DNA of 64,000 nt from Blastocladiella emersonii ATCC 22665. Lineage: Eukaryota > Fungi > Blastocladiomycota. The stretch is taken from positions 558,001 through 622,000 of the forward strand of contig JANHCV010000002.1 in NCBI GenBank assembly GCA_025594325.1. Reading direction: 5' to 3'. Under the pieces are notes generated by a model, which was given only the letters and a program-made list of their open reading frames with translations, was not told the DNA's origin and searched no databases. The translations under genes were made by a program, and so were the position numbers. Each line of letters opens with the position of its first letter. Position 1 is the stretch's first letter. Below, piece by piece: positions 1 through 10,707 of this stretch.

Positions 1-125
1 ATCATGTTATCTCCTGTGATGACTCAAGATAAGGGGTTTAGTGATCGAGCAGAACGATGCGCTGCAAGCCACGAACCGCGTTGCGCCACATCAGCTGACT
101 TTCGTGGCGTTCATCTCGGTCCCCT
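1..125. repeat. Inverted duplicate of 3636-3760 (appears identical, 125 bp; may extend upstream of the window)
   Basis: 1-125 is the reverse complement of 3636-3760; both translate as MLSPVMTQDKGFSDRAERCAASHEPRCATSADFRGVHLGPL in the ORF track. Confidence 0.95.
77..98 (+). promoter_or_regulatory. Motif 1 copy (CGCGTTGCGCCACATCAGCTGA)
   Basis: Near-identical 22-mer recurs at 721, 3663(-), 7761(-), 12926, with variants at 3373 and 33276. Confidence 0.7.
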
Positions 126-141
126 TTTTCTCACCCAAAAC

Positions 142-570
142 ATGCCTAAACCTAAACCTAAACCTATACCTAAACCGGTTCTCGACCCGTACCTCGCACT
201 GGTTCAAACCCTGATCAGTACCGATCTGGCTGGCCTCATTGACACTCTCAGGGCTGTATCCGACCCAGCGGGCGCACTGCTTCCTCTTTCGTTCTGGCGG
301 GCTGTTCCCGACGACGCGCTCGACGTGGTCAAGAGCGCACGCTGGCTTGCAGGAACTGTTTTTGAGGTCCAGGGTCAGCCCGACGCGACTGTCCTTGAAG
401 AGGAACTTTGGCGCGTTGCACCCCGGACTCTGGAATCGGACGAGTACATGAGCGCGCTGTCAGCGCTCAAGCGTCGAGCGGTTCGGGATGCTTAACGGTC
501 CAATTATAGTCTTTGTCTGATTAACAAACACCCTGCGTTAAAAACATGGTGAGGGCGAGAACACGTACCT
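142..570 (+). pseudogene. Chimeric fragment of the F-box family: end of module B plus start of module C, preceded by a PKPKPK-encoding repeat
   Basis: PYLALVQTLISTDLAGLIDTL...WRAVPDDALD...EELWRVAPRTLESDEY matches the C-terminus of ORF 5315..6283; 496-560 matches the B/C junction at about 5265-5315(-). Confidence 0.8.
145..176 (+). repeat. (CCTAAA)n hexamer tract, telomere-like (TTTAGG on the other strand)
   Basis: CCTAAA CCTAAA CCTAAA CCTATA CCTAAA CC read directly. Confidence 0.85.
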
Positions 571-572
571 TT

Positions 573-593
573 TCGCATATCGCATATCGCATA
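573..593 (+). repeat. (TCGCATA)x3 tandem repeat at a rearrangement junction
   Basis: tcgcata tcgcata tcgcata. Confidence 0.85.
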
Positions 594-720
594 CGTGGCA
601 GCGTCGTGCCGCGCCGGTCACCATGGAACTGAATCCGTTCGACTATCAACGTGCGCGAGCGCAGTCTATCTTTGGATATTTACCGAGAGTACGAGGCCGC
701 ACACAAAACGGGACGAGAGA

Positions 721-742
721 CGCGTTGCGCCACATCAGGTGA
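721..742 (+). promoter_or_regulatory. Motif 1 copy (GAGA-CGCGTTGCGCCACATCAGGTGA) about 104 bp upstream of F-box gene 1
   Basis: ACGCGT + 10 nt + CAGGTG E-box. Confidence 0.7.
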
Positions 743-845
743 CCGTTGTCGATCAGGTGGGTGCGCCTTGCGCCACTCGCTCCCACGCTCGTCGCGTTCG
801 CCTCTCTTTCTCTCCCTACGCCCAACGTCACCCGGACTGTCCGCA

Positions 846-3125
846 ATGGAAACCAATGAAATGCTCGCTGCAACTTATGGCAACGTCGCCGCTTCGGGCG
901 AGCCCACGCTCCTATCGCTTCCCGTTGAGTTGTTGACGGTTGTGCTGCAACTCGCCCTCCCGGACGCGGTGCTCTGCTGTGCCACCCGAGAGCTTTCTGC
1001 TGTATCGCGCTCCCCTCGAGTCAATTATAGCTGGCTTGATCGTCGAATCGAGCTTGCCCTCCTGTGCGAGGAGGACACGAGCGAAGATGACAGCTATTGG
1101 CGAGCCGAAAAATACACGACGGCAGCTGGCGTGGTCATTTTGGACTTTTACGATCGCTCCCTTGACTGCTCGACGCCGAGTGACTCGACCCGCGACGCTC
1201 TCGTGTCGCTTTTTGCCGTGCTCACGGAAAGGCTGATTCAACTCGCAACTCCAGTTCTAGTCCAGTTCGGCGGCCATCTGAATCCGCTCAACGTATCAAT
1301 TCGAGCGTCTTCTGGAACGAGCGGACCTCCGCGCGATATCGAAGAGGATCCAATTTTTGCTATCCTCCAGACAATGGTACTTGCCGTCGTCTGCCTCGAC
1401 CCACCGAACATGGTTCTACTTCTGTCTACCGCCCATCACCATCTCCGTGACTTGTTCCATGCTCGGATGTCGGTTGCCCGCTGGGCGCAAGCAGCGGACC
1501 ACATCAACTTCTTCATGTATCGTCCGCCCCGCAAACATAGGTGTCTCCGCAACGTTCGCTTGATCGATTTCCTTGGTCTCCTCGCCGTTTTCACAGGGAA
1601 CTTCTCGAAATGGACTACCCTCCGAAATGCCTGTCCCGCCCTTCATGTTGAGTGGGTCTTCCAGGCTTTGAACGCGACGCCGCTCAAGGACTCTGTTCTC
1701 GATGTCATCCGAGACTCGGATCAAGGTACGGACACGCTCGGCTGGCTGATTCGCGATTGTTGGTCCAAGGGCGCTCTCAAATCGACCGACGGTGAGCCGA
1801 TTGCTTTTAACTTGTATCACTCTCCGGAATTGTTGCGATTTGCTGCCGAAGTCGACCCTGAACGCATTGTGCGGGCCATCACGGACCATGACCGTGACAT
1901 ATTTGCGCGCGGGATGAAGTCACACGTTTCCTGCTACTCCATCGAAGAGATCGCATTGCTTGATGACCTCAACATGCTTAGCAGCTCGGCCTGGTGCAAC
2001 CTTTTGATTGACGCCCTGTACCGAGCGAGGAACGGCCGTGGCCCAGCTCATCCGTTCGCCGCCCTTGCCGGCGAACGCCTCGGCGAGCGATTCCCCGCCA
2101 TCTTGAAGAAGAGTGCGTCGATCCTCTAAGTTGCTTGATTAAAGCTCTCCATTAACGCGTACATCGCACTTCCTATCAGTCATGCAGCGGTGCCTTGTGA
2201 CGAACCGTCAGTTTTGCTCGCTGCAGGTCGCGCTTAGCTTCACACGGCTCCAATTTGGCGACCAGGGTGTCGAGCTATTTGTGTCCGGGGGTTCCTCGAT
2301 GTCCTTGACGAGTCATCGCACATTGCCGACGGGCCACAATGTGCACACACACCGCTGTGTTCAATGTCCGCCGTCTGCGGAGCGCTGTCGCTCGCATTCC
2401 ACAGCAACTTGCACGCGGATCTCTGGGACGTCTTTTCGCTGGCCCATGCAGCCATTCGGCGCTACTCGATCAGTCTCTGCCTTTCATTCGCGTGGCTTCC
2501 CGTGGCGGTGATGCAGGACTCGCAGCTATGCGACCGTGCGATTGCCCTCATTCAGAGAAGCAAAACGGCTCGCGTGTACGTCGGCCTCATGATCACGGCC
2601 ATGGTTCGCAATGTTGTCGGCAAGCACACTATTTCGCTCGACGATTCGATCAAGAAGACGTGCGCTGAGTGCGACCTTGCGCGGCAAGCTGTCTACGTGG
2701 ACACGGTCCGCGCGCTTGCAGAGCTTGACCCCGAGGCGATCTCCAAGCTTCCCGTGGTTGCTTCACACGCGCTCATTGCCCTCTTCTTCAGAAACGAGGA
2801 CGTTTCGTCGCTCGTACCCGGACAGCCAGAAGACTTGGTAGTCGGCTTGTGCAGTGCTTCGTGCGAGTCGCTTGACCGCTCCTACCTCACGATGCTTCAC
2901 GCGCTGTTCGAGATTGACCTCGGCGGCTTGATCGATAAGCTCTTCATGGTTTTGCAACCCGGATCGACGCTTCCCATCTCGTTTTTACCAAGCTGTTCCA
3001 GACGACGCGCTCAACGGAGTCAAGAACGCACGCTGGCTTGCACGAATTGTTTTCGCCGTCCGGGATCAGCCAATCGCTCGAGCGTACAAAATGCAGCTGC
3101 GTCATGTCGCGCCAGCGACCACTAA
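846..3125 (+). pseudogene. F-box-domain family copy 1 (modules A+B); intron 2113-2179; frameshift near the G-run at about 2287-2291; degenerate 3' end
   Basis: N-terminal LLSLPVELLTVVLQL F-box-like motif; GTGCGT...CTATCAG phase-1 intron joins ORF 651..2129 to ORF 2182; paralogous to 3792-7677(-). Confidence 0.7.
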
Positions 3126-3372
3126 GTCCGCCGAGTTCAACGAGGAGCTTGCCGAGCTGAACCGCCAATTTTATGAATAGCGGGTTGTGATACAATCTTT
3201 TCGTATTGTCTACTCAGTTCCACAGTGTGCAACTTGGGAACGCGTTACGAGGGAGCCACGATACGCAATGCTAATCTGCCGCAACCGATAAGGTTTGACT
3301 CAAGCTAGACGAGGCAACGCACGTTGACGATAAACTCAAAGCGCACGACCGCGCGCTAAATGAGATGAGAGA

Positions 3373-3392
3373 CGTGTTGCGCCACGTCAGAT
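3373..3392 (+). promoter_or_regulatory. Degenerate motif 1 copy (CGTGTTGCGCCACGTCAGAT)
   Basis: Similarity to the other copies; no intact gene downstream. Confidence 0.45.
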
Positions 3393-3635
3393 TATCCAGC
3401 CTATTCTCGCCCATTGCCGATCCTACCCACCGCTCAAGCCTTTGTGTCGGAGATGGAGCGCGTCGTGCCCAACACAATGCGATCGCCCGAGTGCGTAAAC
3501 ACAGCGGTGCGTTTCCACGCGCGGACCGAGTCCATGGCGACGCACCACCATCAGGTTTAATCTACCGAATGAAAAAGAAAAAACGTCTTGTGATTTCCCA
3601 CTATGATTCTCAATGACGTGTGTGCTTCGGGCGAG

Positions 3636-3760
3636 AGGGGACCGAGATGAACGCCACGAAAGTCAGCTGATGTGGCGCAACGCGGTTCGTGGCTTGCAGC
3701 GCATCGTTCTGCTCGATCACTAAACCCCTTATCTTGAGTCATCACAGGAGATAACATGAT
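3636..3760. repeat. Inverted partner of 1-125; contains a motif 1 copy (3663-3684, minus strand)
   Basis: Direct reverse-complement comparison. Confidence 0.95.
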
Positions 3761-3791
3761 ACATTCCGAGAGAATCATCGCATCACAACGA

Positions 3792-6700
3792 TTAAAACTC
3801 GATACTTGAGAGCGCGGATGCCTTTGGCGCGACCCGCGCCAGCTCTAGCTCGGCCAGAGTCGACTGGCCAGTCCTGGTGCCTCCAGCCGCGATCATCTTT
3901 TTGAAGAGCTCGCTCAGCGTTTCGGGAGCGGCAATCTCATCCAACGTGCCGTTGGGGAACAGCCGCAATGCGCGCAGCATGAGGCCGCTGGTCGACTCGG
4001 CCTCGCCGCGGAACGTGTCAAAAGTCCGCTGCGGATCGCTCGAGATGAGCGTACGAACAACAAGTCGAGCAGAGGCAAGGCGGTCGCAGCCGAACGGCTC
4101 GCACACGTGCGAGGTGCCATGAATTTCGGTCCCAAACTGCTGGCAGAGTCGCGACCACAGGCCAGTAACGTTCGGGAAGAGCGATAAAAGGTCCCCGCGA
4201 GCGCAGCAATGCAGGAGCGTCCCGAAGATATCGCGCCAGACGGTCTGCGAGATGAGTGGGCAGTCGCGACACACCTTGTCGGTGGAGCCGCGAAAGTAGT
4301 GCAGCCGCTCCGGCGCCTGGGAAACGCCAGCCGGCAGTAGCAGAGCCCGAATGAGAGCGCGAAGCAAGACGGGTGCCGTATTCGACTCTTTGATGAGATC
4401 TGTGATCCGAGACTTGGATTCAGCGGCCAAGAAGGCCGACGCGAGCAGCCACGTCAAATCAACAGCGACCGCCCATATTGTGCAATCATCCTGATCGCGG
4501 AAGTTCGGCGAAGGGAGAAGCTCGGCGGGGATGGCTAACGACCCCTGCTCGTTGAAGAGAAAGTCGCACTGCCAGCCAGTGGCGGGCGACTCGCCGTCCT
4601 CGAGCGAATCAAGGCAAACGTCATGAACAAAGTCGTCGAGGCTCAGCTGCCCGCTGCTGCTGTCGGCGGGAGGAACCGAAGTGAGCGCGAACCGAAGCAC
4701 GTCAATGCTCACATCCACACCGTTTTCGCGCGACAAGTTTCGGCGAGCATCTCGGTACGCTACACATACCGTTTCGCACCTGGGTTAGGACTAGTCCAGA
4801 ATCGCAATCCGCGATGCTGAGCGAGCGTGTACCGTCCAGGAGCAGGCCCTTCCACTGCTCGGGCATGTAGCGCGCGCGAAGGCGCCCAACAAAGTCGAGG
4901 CGGCCGCGCGCGAGTTCCTTGCCAACAATCCAGCTCCGCGCGTGACGTGCGATGAGGTTGTGCGTGTCAAGCAGGTCAAGATTCTCGGGCGAAATGCCCC
5001 TCCGGTACCAGTGCTCGATGTAGTTGCTGAGATGGTAAACGTTGTCGTCCTCAAACTCTTCAATGTCGGGGAGCCATCAAAGGTCGATGCGCGCGTCGTC
5101 AATGTTGGCTCGAGGGGCGAAAGCAGGAGCGACTCGATCGGGGAAGCGCGAAAGCAGCGGCAAACAAATGTTGTGCCCCATATTGACGGCCGAGTAGACG
5201 TACGTCCGCTGAACGGTGGATGGCATGCGCGGACAATGCTCGAAAATCCACAGGCTCGCCCTCATAATGTCATTGACGCAAGCTGTTAAATCATAAAGAG
5301 GTATAATTGAACCGCTACTCATCCCGGACTGCTCGACGATTGAGCGCCGACAGCGCGCTCTTGTACTCGTCGGATTCCAGAGTCTTGGGTGCAACACGCC
5401 AAAGTTCATCCTCGAGGACACGAGCGTCGGGCTGCTGCTGGAAGGCAAAAACAGTTCGGGCAAGCCAGCGTGCGTTCTTGACCCCGTCGAGGGCGTCGTC
5501 GGGAACAGCCCGCCAGAACGAGATTGGAAGCGGCGCACGTGGCGGACGGACCTCATTCATGAGGGAGTCGATCAGGTTTGCAAGATTGGTGGCAATCAAG
5601 GCCTTCAACAACTCGAGGTACGGAGCGGAGATCGACTTGCATCCCGAGGAACATTTCGGCAGCGGTGGAGCGTCTGCCTGGACGGAGACAATCGAGGCGA
5701 GGTCCTCGTTGGCGGCAAGGACTGAAAGAAGCGATCGCAAAACACGAGGAGAAAGCTCGGAGATGATCCCAGCGTCGAGCTCCAGTAGCGCACGGATCGT
5801 GTTGATATACGCATGTTGCCGCGAGAGCTCGCATTGACCGCAGGCCAGGGCTTTTGAAGCGGGTGCGCCTAGGGGAATTGTGTGCCGGCCGACAGCGTCG
5901 TTGCGCGCCATGGCCACGACCATGACGCCAAGAAATGAGCTGATGGACTCGTTCTGTCGCATATAGGCAATCGCGCGGTCGCGCAACTTCGGGTCGTGCA
6001 TGATGGCCACGGGGGCCCACGCAAGTGAGGAGCAAAGCTCAAACGAAAAGTGCTTGGCAACCGCCTCGTGCACAGCGCAGAAAACGTCCCACAGTTTCGC
6101 GTCCATATCACTCAAAAAGATGAGCTTCAGCGCTCCGCAGACAACCGCTTCCAAGCACGGAGGATTGTGCGCACAGTGAAGCCCGGGTGTGCCAGGGGGC
6201 AATGTGGCGACAAATTTGAGGAGCTCGGTAACGACAAAGTCGACGCCACGGTCGCCGAAATGGCGCCGAGCAAAGCGCAGCAACGGCTGTAGCGGGGACT
6301 CTGTCCAGTCGTCCGCTTGCAGGTAGGGCTCCAGGACTAAACAGTCAACCGATCATCAGTCAGATGCTGTTTTGCGGTGTGAACACGCGAGAATAATTGT
6401 ACAGTTGTCCAAGACAGCAATGTAACCGTCGTCGAGCCGCTGCAGCGCGAGGGCAGCAATCGGATGGAGCGGTCCAAGCTGGTCCACTTCGAAATGCACG
6501 GAACCGAGGACACGATCCCACGCTGTGCTGTCAAGCATTTGCAGGTCATCGAGTGCCTCGATTTGATCAACTGTGAATTCGGAATCGTGGTCATCAAGTG
6601 CCTCCACTAGCTGGTCGCGATCATCGTCAGTGATAGCCCGGACAACATGGTCGGGGTCGAGTTTAGCGGCGTAACGAAGCAATCGAGGCTTGGCGTATAG

Positions 6701-7677
6701 GTCGAGGACAAGTGCCCTTCCATATTTGAGGGTCTCATTCGTCCAGCAGTCGCGCATGAGCCAACCGAGCATGTGACGGTCCCGCTCCGTGTCCTGGCTC
6801 ATTTCAAGCAGAGGGACCCGGAGAGCGACACTGTTTAAAGCTCCGATAGCCCAGTCTATGTCAAGGAAGGGGAAGGAATTGCGAAAGGCGCTCCAAGTAG
6901 GAAGACTCCACGTGAAAACAGCGGCAACCGCCAAGAATTCGACAAGGCGGACGTTACAGAACGGAACTTGGTCGTTCCGGTTGCGGCGATGAACCCAAAC
7001 GTAGTGTCGAAGGTGATCGGCCACCTGGACCCAGCGGCGGAGCGACATGCGAACGTGGAAGAGGTCGCGCAGCCGGGTGTGCGCGGCTGAGAGAACGCGG
7101 ACCATATTCGGCGGATCGAGGCATACCACGGCGAGAACGAGAGTTTGCAGGACTGCGAAGATAGGGTCCTTGCGAATGCTGCGAGGCATGCCACACTTGT
7201 GGGCCGACGATTTGACCTTGGCGGCAAGGGGCGCAAGATTACCGCCAAATCGGCTGATGACCGGGGCTGCGAGACCAATGAGCCGCTCGGTCAAGACGGT
7301 GAAGAGCGAGACGACCCGGTGGTAGTCGGGGCTGCCAGGGATCACGCAAGTGCGCTTCTCGAGGGAGCCAACAAGAAGCACCACGCCCGCATCCGTCGTA
7401 TACTGTTCGGTTCGAAGCTCCAGTTGCTCTCTCCCTCTTCTTCATCCAAATAGACCTTGCGCGCGCGTGCAATCCGTCGGTCGAGTCAAAGAAACTTGAC
7501 GCGCTCCGACCGTGAGACAGCGAAGAGCTCGCGTGAAGCAGTGCAGAAGGTGGTGCGAGGGCGGACGAGCTGCAGCAGGATGGTCAAGACCTCGGTTGGA
7601 AGCGACGGGAGCGCGGGCGCGCCCAGCGTCGTGACATTGCTGGAAGTGTTGTCGGACATTTCATTCGCTTGCTCCAT
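3792..7677 (-). pseudogene. F-box-domain family copy 2 (modules A+B+C, on the order of 1200 aa if intact); intron 6337-6402; premature TGA at 7486 and 5077; frameshift near 7395
   Basis: LPSLPTEVLTILLQL F-box-like motif; homology across the stops (KFL*LDRRI vs YSWLDRRI in copy 1; IDL*WLPDIEEF vs IGLQWLPDVEEF in copy 3); phase-1 intron GTACAA...TTGACTGTTTAG at the same position as in copy 1. Confidence 0.8.
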
Positions 7678-7760
7678 CGGTGATCAGCGTGGTGCGGAGC
7701 GAGCGGATGGATCGCGCACAAAGCGTGAGAACCAACTCGGGTAGCGCACTTCGCCGCTCA

Positions 7761-7782
7761 TCAGCTGATGTGGCGCAACGCG
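7761..7782 (-). promoter_or_regulatory. Motif 1 copy 84 bp upstream of F-box copy 2 ATG
   Basis: TCAGCTGATGTGGCGCAACGCG on the + strand. Confidence 0.7.
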
Positions 7783-7864
7783 TTTTCGCTTTTTCTTCTT
7801 CGCCGCTTCCATTCTGTCGATCATCGGTCGAATGGTACAGAACATAATATGAATAAGAGACTTT

Positions 7865-10231
7865 TCACGAACGAACACGCATCCCGTTACTCGTAAGTGC
7901 GGACGCCTTTGGCGCGATCCGCGCGAACTCGAGCTTGACCCAGGGACCCAGGACTGGTCGTTCGCCAAAGCAGCACCAGCGATAAGTGTCCTGAAGAGCC
8001 CGCTCAACGCCTCGGGACCAACCAGATCGTCCAGCTTCGCGGTGGGGAGCAGACGCAGCACACCCAGCGGCAGGCCGCCCGCGGCAAACTCGGCCCAAAG
8101 CGTGGCGATCGCGCGCTGCGGGTCGCTCATGACGAGCATGTGCACAAAGGATTGAGCAGCTCCAACGCAGTCACATCTCGACTCGTTGCTTGTGAGTGCG
8201 GCGGCACACTTGCTCGGGCCGCTTGTCAGTAGCCCCCACAGTCGCGACCACAGGTTGCCGACTGATGGAAAGAGCGATGGGTAGTCTTCACGGCTGCAGC
8301 GCCGGAAGAGCGCGCTGACGAGGTCGCGCCAGACTGCTTGCGCCATGATCGGGCAATCGCCGCAAACTTTCGCAACGGAGCCGCAAAGGTAGTGCAGCCC
8401 TTTCGGCGCGATGGCCACGCCAGCAGGCGGGAAAAGCGCCCGAGCGACGGCACGGAGCAGGATGGGCGCCGTATTCGACTCCTTGATGAGGCGCTTGAGC
8501 TTTGAATTGCATTCGGGAACCAAGAAGGCCGACACGAGCAGCCACGTCAAGTCGACGGCGACTTCCCAAACAACGCGCTCGTCCTGATCGCAAGAGTCTG
8601 GCGAGGGAAGCAGCTCGGTGGGGATGGCCAAGGACCCCGTCTCGGTGAAGAGGAAGTCGCACTGCCAGGTGATGGCGGGTGGCTCGTTTGCTCCGAGCGA
8701 ACCAAAGCAAAACTCGCGTGCAAAGTCGTCCAGGCTCAGAGGACCGAAGCTGCTCCCAGCGGTAGGTGATGGGGAGAGCGCGTATCGAAGCACAGCTTCG
8801 CAAACACGTCCACGTCTCCAACACCCGTACTGGTAACTACCGCAACCATGACGGTGCGCTACATCGATTGGGCTAGTTAGGTTAGAATGATGCACAGTCT
8901 CGTCAGCATTAGAACGGAAGCATTGAAACGCACAATCCAAGAGCAGACGCTGCCACTGCTCGGGCGTGTACCGCATGCGAAGTCGCTCAGTGAAACCAAG
9001 CCGACCACGCGTGAAATACCATGAAACGAGGCAGCTCCGAGTACAGCGGGCAATGAGGTTGTGCGAATCCAGCAGGTCAAAAGCTTCAGCTGTGAAGGTT
9101 TCCTCGCAGGACCACGACCAAACAAAGGTGCCCAGGAAATACACACTGTCGTCGTCAAATTCCTCAACGTCAGGCAGCCACTGAAGGCCGATGTAGGCAT
9201 CATTAATGTCGTTGCGGAACGGGAGAGCGAGCTTGACCCGGTCGGGAAAACGGGCGAGTAGCGGGATGAAGACCGTGTGGCCCATTTCGGCGGCGGAGCA
9301 TACATACGTCTGCTGCACCCGGTCCGGCATTTCTGAGCAGCGCTCAAAAATCCAAGCAAATATATGCTCGGCTCCAAGACCTGCTCGTTCGGGTTCCGCA
9401 AATTTGGAGTACAAAGTCCGACGGAACGGGCGCGCAAAGCTGTGCAAGCAACGCTGCCGTGCCCACCGCGTAGCGGGGCTCGCCGATCAGGAGCTGGAAG
9501 GTTGAGTACTTCCACGACGAGACTGCCAAATACGCTAGAATGTCCGCGAGACGCACAGAATAGGAGGACAGACCTTCGGACTCGTCAAGTAACTTCAACG
9601 GAAGCTCGTGAGATCGAATGAACGTTGCGACGTGGCCAAGGGACACTGACACATTAAGCAGCTGCGGTACAGTCGCGGCAACGATATCAAGTGCGCGATG
9701 GAGGAATTCGGTCCATCCGAACAGGGCCGCCGCAAAAAAGCATGCGAACGAGGGTACGAGGGGGGCGCCGACGTATTGAATGGCCAGGAAGGAAAGATTT
9801 CGGTCTCAATCGCTTGCTCAAGAACTTTGAGCTGTGCTGACGCCGCTGATCTGGCGGACCCGACGGCACATGTACGCAACAATATTTAAGAGGAGTATCG
9901 TCGGTGCCGGAATGCGCTCGTATGACGTGAGCTCCGACTTGGCGTACCTGTTGGAGTGACCAAATTTCGGAAGCAGGAGTCGAGCCAACGGGTCGGAACG
10001 AAGGCCTCGCGCGGAACGTGAACGTCTGCAGAGCTTCTTCACAACTCTGACGGTCCAGGCAATGCGAACAGGCTCATCGACGAGAAGGATTGCGCGAAGG
10101 GAAGCCGAAGCGGCCGCGATCGCTGAACGCGGCACCGCCAGCTGAAGCATAGCGCTGACCAGTTCCGCGGGCAGCCGAGCAAGCGAAGGGTCGCCCGAGT
10201 CCATTGCATGAAGTTCCATTGTTTGATTCAT
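7865..10231 (-). pseudogene. F-box-domain family copy 3 (F-box + shorter A-like region + module C; no module B); several frameshifts
   Basis: LARLPAELVSAMLQL F-box-like motif; module C matches 3792..5289 (WQCDFLFxExGSLAIPxELLPSP); C-terminus LEFARIAPKASAL lies in a shifted frame. Confidence 0.75.
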
Positions 10232-10478
10232 GGTTGTATGCGCGGGGTGGGTAAGCACGGCACGAGCGCGGCAGCGGCGAGAAGGCGGCCGGCGCGTGGG
10301 AGTCGCTGCCGCCACGGCAGTTCCTTTGCGTGTGGCTTCCGGTCTTCTCGCCTGTTTTTATCCACTACGACCAGAGAAAAGATCAGGCTAAGTATTTTAT
10401 GCCGGTGTTTGCCCTCGTTTTCGGACTCGTTAGAGGCGTTGGCTCTATCGAACCCAGCCGTTTCGCGTTCCTCATCCG

Positions 10479-10498
10479 CACGTGACGATCTGACGCGC
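10479..10498 (-). promoter_or_regulatory. Motif 2 variant (GCGCGT-N8-CACGTG) upstream of F-box copy 3
   Basis: Same N8 spacing as the copies at 32832, 58165, 61318, 62839. Confidence 0.45.
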
Positions 10499-10707
10499 TC
10501 GTCGGTCCCTCCTCTCGCCCTTGATGCCGCAGTCGATGATATTGACGTCACTCGTGGTCACCGCTGTCGGCGCGAAGCCATCACGCGGGTTCTTTTATGG
10601 TCCTGCCGCGGTCGGCAGCGGCCACATCCAGGTCAACGATACTGCACAAGGCATAGAGCGAGATCGAATCAATTATTCAAGGTTTAAGAAGATCGGGAAC
10701 ATCGCGT

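Noticed and set aside
3792-7677. Operon-like arrangement of three closely spaced same-strand ORFs
   Set aside because: Better explained as exons and pseudogene fragments of one spliced gene
1-10300. Giant-virus (NCLDV) endogenous element as the origin of the F-box island
   Set aside because: No viral hallmark genes (capsid, packaging ATPase, polymerase) recognised, and the genes have host-type spliceosomal introns; kept only as a possibility
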